From the IMG/VR virus record IMGVR_UViG_3300006068_000011, positions 1 through 24,463 of that record: DNA of 24,463 nt. The stretch is one strand, 5' to 3'. The notes under the pieces are model-generated. The model was not told the origin of the DNA and did no database searches. It saw nothing but the letters and a program-made list of their open reading frames with translations. Positions 6,196 to 14,419 of the stretch are shown here, piece after piece (positions within the stretch are counted from its first letter, which is position 1; each line of letters starts with the position of its first letter). Position numbers and translations under genes: made by a program. The DNA is from a virus. Its lineage: Duplodnaviria > Caudoviricetes.

Positions 6196-6885
6196 CTATT
6201 CTTCTATATCGTCAGGGCCCCAAACAATAACCTTTTCGCTATTTTCTGTGCCCCATTCCCCAAGCCCAATGTCGTTTGGATACAAAATATGTATAATTAC
6301 GCGTATTCCTGTGGCCAAAATGCTTTTAATTAGGTCTATGGCATAAAGCCGTCCAGCAATAATGTCCGTTAGATAAAAGGCATAATCCCTACCGATTTTA
6401 TCGGGCATGTGGGGGCCGATTTTTTCTATGAAACGAATGGACGATCCAGATAAGTGCTTGTTTTTAAAAAAATAATTTGGGGCAATACTGATTAAGTTGT
6501 TGGCAGGAATGCCGATATAGGGAATAGGACCTTCTTCGTTTTCCATCCCGTAGTTCAAAACGACGTATCCTTCTTGTGGAAAATTAGAAAAATTAACACC
6601 TTGAACAAGTCCCGTGTCGCCTATTTCTATGGTATTGGTTATTGTCGTGTTTTTGTCGGAAATTGTGTAGGGCTGGCTTAAAAGGTATGAATAAGGTCCT
6701 TCTTGCTCAGGTATCAATTCGATAGGGTTTGGTATGCTGCTAGAAGTAGCGGTGCCGTCCATCCCAATTTGTTCTATGACTATATTTAATCCGGACACGT
6801 TTACGTTAGTTGGCGATACCACGACACCGACCTTGGTTTGCGCCACTTTTATGGTTGGCGAGTTTACGGTTAGGCTTGTGAAATC
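6196..6885 (-). CDS. C-terminal portion of a frameshift-split baseplate wedge protein
   Basis: The frame is open from 6885 (DFTSLTVNSPTIKVAQTKVG...) and overlaps the end of the upstream ORF. The GTG at 6846 has no SD. The C-terminal DLIKSILATGIRVIIH resembles the wedge-subunit motif I..IKPAG. Confidence 0.65.
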   Translation of the reverse strand, partial: DFTSLTVNSPTIKVAQTKVGVVVSPTNVNVSGLNIVIEQIGMDGTATSSSIPNPIELIPEQEGPYSYLLSQPYTISDKNTTITNTIEIGDTGLVQGVNFSNFPQEGYVVLNYGMENEEGPIPYIGIPANNLISIAPNYFFKNKHLSGSSIRFIEKIGPHMPDKIGRDYAFYLTDIIAGRLYAIDLIKSILATGIRVIIHILYPNDIGLGEWGTENSEKVIVWGPDDIEE

Positions 6886-8204
6886 TCAGTCATACCGGCA
6901 ATGTTTATACGAACAGGGTGCGGAGTGGCCATGGGGTCAACAAGGTTTGAGCCTGTTGTGTCGAAATAAACATAGTATTGATTCCCTGTATTTTTGCCTG
7001 TGATTAGAAAATAATCACCATCGTTAATTGCTGAAGGGGCGGGGACTGTTATGGAATAAACGGCACCTATACCTTCGGTTTCCGAATATGAATACAAAAT
7101 AGGTTCATGGATATGGGCCGCTCCTCGCCTATCCCTTCTTACCACCTTAGTCGTTGCTGGAATAAAAAGCTCTAAAGTATTGCTTTCTGTTTGAAATAGG
7201 GCTGTATATCGTGGTTTTGATTGTCCAATAATCTCTTTGGGGTAAAAAAACAAAGCGCCGTCTATTGTGCCCTGTGTAGCTGTTTGTGATACCGCTAGTG
7301 GGTTGTAAAACTCAATATACGCAGACCCCGGCGTAGAACCACCTTGGACCTTTGTTACATAAAAAGTTCCTCTGTTTTGGGGTAAAAATGAAGGAGCAAA
7401 CAAATTGGCGTAGTCCCCGGCCTTAATTTTACCGATAGATGGGCTGGCCCCACCTATCCAGCTAAATCTGACATTTCCATTTCCTAACGGAAAAAATTGC
7501 CAAACCGTTGATGGGCCATTGGTTGTGGGCCTAGGTGAAGGAAAAACAAGTACGTTTTGTGCCTTTCCCCCTACAACCGCTATCATAGATGAAGGACCTT
7601 TTGTTTCTGAAAAAAGGCTTACACAAAAACCGCTTCCTGTGTCCTTGGCAATGGCCTTTCCCGAATAACCCCTTTTCTTTAATTCTCTAGTTATAGCCGA
7701 CGCAACCTCTTGAGCTGTAGCAGCATTGATGTTGCTAAATTGGCTTGCAAAAAACTTGATTTTAATAACTTCTTCTGACCCGTCAAATTTAATCCATAAA
7801 TCATCGCCATCGTTTAGTGAGAATGGTTCCAAACCAATACTGTCCACATAGGCCTGATTTAGATCTTCCCCAAAAATAACGCTTAACAGGTTATTGACAA
7901 GGTCTCGGACCTGCTTTTTGTTTTTAATTGATATGCCAATACCTCTAAAAACATCGTCCCCAAGCCCTACCCTAGGGTCTCTGGTTATACCGAAGTCCGA
8001 CAATTTTGCGTCAAGGTATTGCTCAGAAGCCCTAGAAATGTATAGGTTTTCAGCAACGGACTCTAAAGAAAAAATATGATAAGCATGTGCGGAGGCAATC
8101 GCTTTTAATAAGGCATCTGTGTTAGGCCCTCGGATAGCAGAGTTTAACAATGCCCTTAGGTATTCGTATGCTTTTTGTTTGTCGCTATTAGACGGGCCAC
8201 TCAT
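6870..8204 (-). CDS. Baseplate wedge protein (P2 gpI / T4 gp7-like position), N-terminal portion
   Basis: Starts 1 nt after the baseplate J stop. The N-terminal LYISRASEQYLDAKLSDFGITR...GDDVFR resembles the A.G..LD..G...G..R...D..YR motif of gpI-like wedge proteins. Confidence 0.7.
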   Translation of the reverse strand: MSGPSNSDKQKAYEYLRALLNSAIRGPNTDALLKAIASAHAYHIFSLESVAENLYISRASEQYLDAKLSDFGITRDPRVGLGDDVFRGIGISIKNKKQVRDLVNNLLSVIFGEDLNQAYVDSIGLEPFSLNDGDDLWIKFDGSEEVIKIKFFASQFSNINAATAQEVASAITRELKKRGYSGKAIAKDTGSGFCVSLFSETKGPSSMIAVVGGKAQNVLVFPSPRPTTNGPSTVWQFFPLGNGNVRFSWIGGASPSIGKIKAGDYANLFAPSFLPQNRGTFYVTKVQGGSTPGSAYIEFYNPLAVSQTATQGTIDGALFFYPKEIIGQSKPRYTALFQTESNTLELFIPATTKVVRRDRRGAAHIHEPILYSYSETEGIGAVYSITVPAPSAINDGDYFLITGKNTGNQYYVYFDTTGSNLVDPMATPHPVRINIAGMTEISQA

Positions 8205-8205
8205 G

Positions 8206-11200
8206 TTACAATCCTATTTTTTTGACCGATATATCGGCTACAGGGTCAATTATTTTTGCTTTTTCAAACGGTTGCAATTTAATCAAGTCGTTTTGGTTGT
8301 CATATAGCGGAGAGCTGATTGCCACTGCTCTAACGCCATTAATCGAGTTTACGGTAGATATGATTTTGCTTATAGCAATAGATTGACCCATAGGGTTGCT
8401 GTTGATGAGGGCGGCAACTCTGGATCTTACCTGCTCCACAATCAAATTAAAAGGACGTCCTGACTGAATTCTGACATCAATAGTAACTTGCACGCGCTTG
8501 ATGAGGGGTTCTCTAATAAAGATTTCTGAACCAGCAGCAGCAACTCCAGGGTATTTGACTGGAGAGCGTGGGTCCCCATACACTACACGGTTTACCTCAC
8601 CAATTAGGCCTGTATTATATTTGTACGCAAAAATTCCCTTGATAAGATTTTGCGGGAAGTTTAGCTTGTTGACAGAACTTACAAAAACCTGCGCACTATC
8701 GTTTATTTTGTCATATTGCTGGTATGTATTAAAAGTTATGACGGCTTGTTCGTTAATGTCAGGATCAATATGGCAATATAAAATTTCTTTATATCCAACA
8801 TAAGGATCTTTTTCCATAACAAACACGTTGTCCGCTTGTATCCCGAGAGGTTGTAGGTTAATTGGACTCATCAACCCGTCAATAACAATTTCTTTATTCG
8901 ATATAACCCTCTTAACTGTCCATACGGCTAGGTTATCAACGCCTAATATATCTGATGAAATATGAAGTTTGTCAGATTGCTGAACAGCATCATATGGCCA
9001 AAACTTAATAACAGGTCTTTGGCATGAAATTGACACGTTGGATATACCTGTTTCATTTACTCCAGATGGGTTCCATAGATGGATTTTATTTGATTTACCT
9101 CCCTCCATCACATACCATGTGCCCTGGTTTGCTGTTGCAAAACCAGGCCCTAAAGTGACATAATCACCCGGCATGATATTTTTTAGGTCAGGGGCGGTAC
9201 CAACACCCGTCCACTGAACAATAATTACGCCATTCACTTTTGTGACATTAAATTGAGAAGTGGCATGGACGTTTGTAGATACTGGGATTGGCGCGCTAGT
9301 TAGTTCTTGTTCTTTTGCGTTTTTGTTTTCAAAATAAACTGAGTTTCCGTATGATCGGATAATCCTAAACCTACCTATATTAGTAGGTTCGACACCGTTT
9401 TGCGCATAAACCTCCATCGTGTCGCCTTCTTGCACAGATAATTGGTGCGCAAAACTAGTATTGCTAAAGGTCCTGTGCTGAAAGTTTACGACTGTAGCGC
9501 CCGGCAATCCTACGTTATTTACATACGATACGGAATAAGATGGGAACCCCGATTGATTGGATTCGATATTTACTGTATTGCCCACGGCCACGGCATCAAG
9601 TTCTGGTATAGTATTGATTATTGCGGCAAGGTTAGACGCTGTTTCGTTTGCATTCACACCTACAGGGAAATCTACGCCGGCAGTAAATGAATAAGTCGAC
9701 GAGGTGATAAATACAAAATCGTCGCCCGAAACATCTGAGTTATTAGTGATAGTTATGCTGGCGTAGGAGAGCTCTGTTTTTGCATTTGGGTTAAACAGCA
9801 AAAGCTGTTTTGGGAGCACGCCTTCCACATAGAATGTTCCGTTGTTTTCGGGGTTGGCCATACCAGAAACAGTAACTTTATCCCCGATGTTGATGTGAGA
9901 GAATAGGAGCGAAGATGTGCTGTTTACCGTAAAAAGCACCGTATCGTCATTGTTTTTTACAATTTCTAAAGCCCCTGAATATCCTAAATAAGGATTGTTT
10001 ATGCTAAAGTTAGGAGACGGGCTAGTATCCCCATGACTTAAACATACCAAAGCGCCTTGTTTTTCAATTTTGAAGTTAGTCCCGTTCATAAGCCCCGTGT
10101 TAATTCGTGGGCGACCAAAAAGATCTTGCCTTAGCTGCTTAGTATCTACTTCCAAATACGACTCATTGTTGAGAGTATCGGTAGTAATAGTTATAAGGTT
10201 GGTATCCAAGAAAGAGGTGCGTTTTTTTTGCGGTATAGACGCGGTCAGCTTTACTAGTTGTCCTCCAGCCAGTTGTTTGGCCGCAAAAGAGGATACTCTT
10301 GTCATGATATACCCGTCTTTCCTGCTGGTAGATGCGACCACAGGGGCTGATACTTTATTTGCGGAACCGCCGCTAATAAACACACTTCCTGCCCCACCTA
10401 TTTTTTTGGTAGTCAAAGAAAGCGTGGTGTTGTCTTGTGTGTTATTAATGTCTGATACAGAAAAAACACCCGATACCGCAGGATTTTTAATAAATCTATA
10501 GACCTGTTCAATCGTTGTTGGGACAAGCCTGACTTCTTCGCCATCATTAAACGCATATCCTACGTCAGATATATAGTTAAGTGGCTTTTTTAATACAAAT
10601 TGTGGAGACCCAAAGATATTAGATGTGGATATGTAGGCTAGGCCGTCTTGTAAGTACAACGACTCATCGCTAAAATTGGTGTATTCGTAAGTACTTCTAG
10701 CGATAACTCCTGACCCTGTTAGTCCGCCGTCATTAACAATGGTAGCCGTTATTAAATCGGTAAGGTTAGCGTCGACATAGTTTTTGATTTCTAAGGCCGT
10801 AGTGTTTTGGGCTTGATAAAACTTGAATACCGAAGGAATGACTGTATATACGTTGCTTTCGGATACAGCTTCTCCGTTTTTCCTGACAACAGTAAAGCTG
10901 TTTGCGGTAGGAGTAAATCCAGCCAGATCGCTTACTCTAAATGTCCCAGTGTTCTTAGGATGAATAGTTCCGCCGCTAGAAATCGTTACATATTCGCCGC
11001 CAGAAAGGCCAGTTAATGCTGGGGCGGTACCTACGCCGTTCCAAGTAAAAGTGACTTGATCTACCCCAGCTACAGGGGTATTTGGTGCGATAGATATGTT
11101 CCATCCGGTAGTGCCATCAATGGAGGTGCTTACTAACGCTCCTGATTTTAAGAAAATTTTTACTTTGACGCTGTCCGCAAACTCTACAGTATGCGTAATC

Positions 11201-14200
11201 GGTGAATTTTCCGTGGTGGGGTAATAATAACCAACGGATATTTTTTCGCCAGCCAATCCCCATGCTTTTGATCTAAATAGCAGCGCATCTTGAGCAGCGC
11301 TTTGATTTAGTACCCGTTTTGCCCTCATGTATGCACGAAAGTTAGAAAAGTCAAATGTGTTAAAATAAGTTGTAAGGGGCACGGCAGGCACCACATCGTT
11401 ATCGTTGGCATTAAAACTGTTAGAGTTTAAGGCTAGTGTCGTATTTGTTTTTATATTTCTAAAAAGGTTGACCTTGTATGTCTTGTTTTGAAAGTCGGAA
11501 TCATAAATGGATACAAAAAAGTCTTCACTTGATAAATCGAGCGGATAGGCAAGATAAAACCTGTCGTTAAGGCGTATTCTTTTGGTTTGGTAGTTTGGTT
11601 TTACGGCTATAGCCCCAGTAGTATAGTTTATATTATCAATAACATTGTTTTTGTAAATGGCCTGCGTGTCTTTTTTGCCATATTGATGTAACATACCTAC
11701 ATAGCCTTCAGGTGGAACGTTCGATAAAACAGACGGTGCCGAATTGACAGTATTGATGGTGCTTAGCGTAGGATTAGCTACCTGCTCGCCAGTAAAAGTC
11801 GAGTGAATAAATCGAGGAAAGAAGCCCTCTCTTATGCCTGTCGTTACAAAAGCGGTTAATGATTCGTATGCGCTTGCTTGTAGAACTTTATTGAGCCCAA
11901 TATTTTCTGCGGCCTGATTAAAGTATGGGATCAACAAGCTTCCGACGGTCTCTTTCGTGTAAGATTCTAAAATAATGCGCTCCTCGTCCTCAACAAAAGC
12001 GCGAACGGAGGGAACTTGAGTTTCTATTTCTTGTGCAATTTGATATGCATCTTTTGTGCCAGCCCCAATTTCTACCCGATAAGGCACACTACTTGTTCTT
12101 ACAAACACGATACCCGATTTGTAGATAACACTAGATTCTGGCACGGCATTTGTAAACTCAGATGCCGTAACTTCTAATTCAAAATAGTCTTGCAATGGGC
12201 CGACCGCCAATACACGGCCTTCAAGTCGGTTGTTTGTGTTTAGCTCTTGCGATACATTGATCACATAGTCGCCGGGCATTAAATTTGCAAAAGCATTGCT
12301 TACAGAACTAGTATATCTAACGATATTTGCTGTCGGTTTGGATACTGTAAGAAAAGTGTTTGGGGCAAGCCCTGTATTTACGATTTTGGCATACAAATCG
12401 TCAACGACAATATAAAATAGCGCAGGACTTAGAAGTGTTGTGGTTCCTCCCGTTATTGCGTCAAACTCTACAAAGGCCGATGTACTTTCTACCCCAGCGG
12501 TAAGTTTATCCCCCGAATTAAGCGGTGTTTTGAGCGATATTTGTGCTGTATTCCTACTGATTTTAAAGTCGGCAGCACGTCCTTCGGCACTTAAAGCATT
12601 AATATCGAACATTCCTTTAGTTACCAAGGTAGAGCTTGGATCTATTTCAATCGAGGCCCTACTGGATTCCCCTAAATTGGACCTAATAGATATTTGTTCT
12701 CCGACAATAGAAGCCGTAACGCCTGTTAATTTATTATTAAAAACATTGACCCAGCTTTCCAAACTATTGGTGGCAGATACGGAGGTGTATGTTCCCTCTG
12801 CAATAAAGTCCGCGTTTACTATAGTATAGGTTTTCCAGCCAGTTTTATCGACATTTAATATGAGGGTGTCGCCACCTGTAATAGTGGGGGCCCACTGGGC
12901 TTGTTTTTTTGTGATTACTTCAGCGGAAACGCCGTCTTTTGACAATGGCCTTTTGTTTTTGAAAAGTTTAACTGTTTCTATTTTATTTAAAGGCAATCCG
13001 ACAATTTCTCTTACGTTTCTACCTAAAGACACCTCAACCGCCTGAATATCATCTACCGCATTAGATTTAGATCTAAAAACCACCACTTGCCCATTACTTC
13101 TTGTGGTGGCCTCAAAATGTAAAGAAGAGTTTGCGTTTACGGATGCAGCAATTTCGTATCCTGTAGCAGCTCCAGGACTAATAAAATCGCTATCCGAAAA
13201 GACGTGTTCTTTTATTGTATTGCCTATTTTTATAGCAATCCTATCACCGCCACGGACATCATAAGGCCCTTTAAAGTTAGCTACAAGCTCTGCTTTTGTA
13301 ACAGAAGACTGCTTACCCCCCGTTTTTAACTGAAAGTGAGACTCGCCACCCAACGCGCTATCTGTCAAAATTTCATACCCAACACCGGCATTTTTTGTTT
13401 CGTACCCAGTACCGTCATCAATGAACAAGTTAGTTTCTTGCTCATTAGACACTATTTCGGCACTTACTACGGTAGATGGTTCGTCCGGTGCTCTAACCCC
13501 TAACGATGAATTTTTCACGGCAGTTGCCGTCCCAAGGCCTCTAGAGAGTCTTGCATTCTTAATACGAAGTCGCAATTCTTCTTCGGACTCAGAATCTTTT
13601 CCTGAATTTAATGGTGCTGGGTTAAAAACTTTAGCCCCAGGAAATGGAGGGCTTAAAAACTCGTTAATGGATTTGGCTGGCACATTGCCTTTAATGCCCG
13701 GTTCTTCGGCAATAATAGGGATATTGTCCACCTGATTTTCACCGTCTAACAGGACGGCATCCTGCTGCGTTCTAAAAATAACATCTGGATTTCCACCAGT
13801 GCCTGCGGCTCTTAAAATTGTATTATTCGGGACAATTCTTACGCCACCTTGCGCCAAAACCACAGATTCATTATTGTTGTGGAATCGGGCCGTTGGCATG
13901 CTTAAGTTGATTTGCCAATACAGGCCTAAATTTGTTTTTGAAGAATAGGTCAATGGACCTTCTTCGTTGGAGGTTCCCCGTCCTATGTACAAAGATCCGG
14001 ACGCGGGGAATTGACTAGCGTCATTGACAAAAATAACAGTAGATCCAATGTTTGGCGCTGGGGTTGCGGCGTAAATTTTGGTAGAAACTTTGTCAAAAGA
14101 GGTATCTACAATTGTAACGGACCCTGTGGCCGGCGTGGCGGGAATTGGAATTAATCCTTCGTCTGCAGCCAAAACAAATAAGGCATCGCCGCTAGCGCTA

Positions 14201-14388
14201 TCAACTGTTGAATCCCTAAAAATTTGATATGCTTCTGCCGAAGCTTTTGCTGTCGCCAAAGCTACAGTTTCAAAAAACTGAGTAACCAAAGAGCCGGGGT
14301 TTAAATCGTTTACCCCGGTTTTGGACATATATTCTGCTAACATTTCGCCAAGTATTTGCTCAAAGGACTTTGGCTGAGGTATTTTCAT
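8206..14388 (-). CDS. Giant baseplate J-like wedge protein (2060 aa)
   Basis: N-terminal gpJ motifs (KSFEQILGEM, DLNPGSLVTQFFE, DSASGDAL, ATPATGSVTI, AEEPGIKGNVPAKSI, GKDSESEEELRLRI) and C-terminal gpJ motifs (GVAAAGSEIFI, INSNPMGQSIAISKIISTVNSINGV) flank about 1600 aa of beta-rich inserts. AGGAG SD. Confidence 0.9.
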   Translation of the reverse strand: MKIPQPKSFEQILGEMLAEYMSKTGVNDLNPGSLVTQFFETVALATAKASAEAYQIFRDSTVDSASGDALFVLAADEGLIPIPATPATGSVTIVDTSFDKVSTKIYAATPAPNIGSTVIFVNDASQFPASGSLYIGRGTSNEEGPLTYSSKTNLGLYWQINLSMPTARFHNNNESVVLAQGGVRIVPNNTILRAAGTGGNPDVIFRTQQDAVLLDGENQVDNIPIIAEEPGIKGNVPAKSINEFLSPPFPGAKVFNPAPLNSGKDSESEEELRLRIKNARLSRGLGTATAVKNSSLGVRAPDEPSTVVSAEIVSNEQETNLFIDDGTGYETKNAGVGYEILTDSALGGESHFQLKTGGKQSSVTKAELVANFKGPYDVRGGDRIAIKIGNTIKEHVFSDSDFISPGAATGYEIAASVNANSSLHFEATTRSNGQVVVFRSKSNAVDDIQAVEVSLGRNVREIVGLPLNKIETVKLFKNKRPLSKDGVSAEVITKKQAQWAPTITGGDTLILNVDKTGWKTYTIVNADFIAEGTYTSVSATNSLESWVNVFNNKLTGVTASIVGEQISIRSNLGESSRASIEIDPSSTLVTKGMFDINALSAEGRAADFKISRNTAQISLKTPLNSGDKLTAGVESTSAFVEFDAITGGTTTLLSPALFYIVVDDLYAKIVNTGLAPNTFLTVSKPTANIVRYTSSVSNAFANLMPGDYVINVSQELNTNNRLEGRVLAVGPLQDYFELEVTASEFTNAVPESSVIYKSGIVFVRTSSVPYRVEIGAGTKDAYQIAQEIETQVPSVRAFVEDEERIILESYTKETVGSLLIPYFNQAAENIGLNKVLQASAYESLTAFVTTGIREGFFPRFIHSTFTGEQVANPTLSTINTVNSAPSVLSNVPPEGYVGMLHQYGKKDTQAIYKNNVIDNINYTTGAIAVKPNYQTKRIRLNDRFYLAYPLDLSSEDFFVSIYDSDFQNKTYKVNLFRNIKTNTTLALNSNSFNANDNDVVPAVPLTTYFNTFDFSNFRAYMRAKRVLNQSAAQDALLFRSKAWGLAGEKISVGYYYPTTENSPITHTVEFADSVKVKIFLKSGALVSTSIDGTTGWNISIAPNTPVAGVDQVTFTWNGVGTAPALTGLSGGEYVTISSGGTIHPKNTGTFRVSDLAGFTPTANSFTVVRKNGEAVSESNVYTVIPSVFKFYQAQNTTALEIKNYVDANLTDLITATIVNDGGLTGSGVIARSTYEYTNFSDESLYLQDGLAYISTSNIFGSPQFVLKKPLNYISDVGYAFNDGEEVRLVPTTIEQVYRFIKNPAVSGVFSVSDINNTQDNTTLSLTTKKIGGAGSVFISGGSANKVSAPVVASTSRKDGYIMTRVSSFAAKQLAGGQLVKLTASIPQKKRTSFLDTNLITITTDTLNNESYLEVDTKQLRQDLFGRPRINTGLMNGTNFKIEKQGALVCLSHGDTSPSPNFSINNPYLGYSGALEIVKNNDDTVLFTVNSTSSLLFSHINIGDKVTVSGMANPENNGTFYVEGVLPKQLLLFNPNAKTELSYASITITNNSDVSGDDFVFITSSTYSFTAGVDFPVGVNANETASNLAAIINTIPELDAVAVGNTVNIESNQSGFPSYSVSYVNNVGLPGATVVNFQHRTFSNTSFAHQLSVQEGDTMEVYAQNGVEPTNIGRFRIIRSYGNSVYFENKNAKEQELTSAPIPVSTNVHATSQFNVTKVNGVIIVQWTGVGTAPDLKNIMPGDYVTLGPGFATANQGTWYVMEGGKSNKIHLWNPSGVNETGISNVSISCQRPVIKFWPYDAVQQSDKLHISSDILGVDNLAVWTVKRVISNKEIVIDGLMSPINLQPLGIQADNVFVMEKDPYVGYKEILYCHIDPDINEQAVITFNTYQQYDKINDSAQVFVSSVNKLNFPQNLIKGIFAYKYNTGLIGEVNRVVYGDPRSPVKYPGVAAAGSEIFIREPLIKRVQVTIDVRIQSGRPFNLIVEQVRSRVAALINSNPMGQSIAISKIISTVNSINGVRAVAISSPLYDNQNDLIKLQPFEKAKIIDPVADISVKKIGL

Positions 14389-14411
14389 GCGGTCTCCTAC
14401 AACTCAACAAA

Positions 14412-14419
14412 AAGATTAT
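14412..14419 (-). promoter_or_regulatory. ATAATCTT motif, candidate phage late promoter
   Basis: Sits in the 31-nt gap upstream of the baseplate J gene, about 24 nt before the ATG. Confidence 0.6.
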
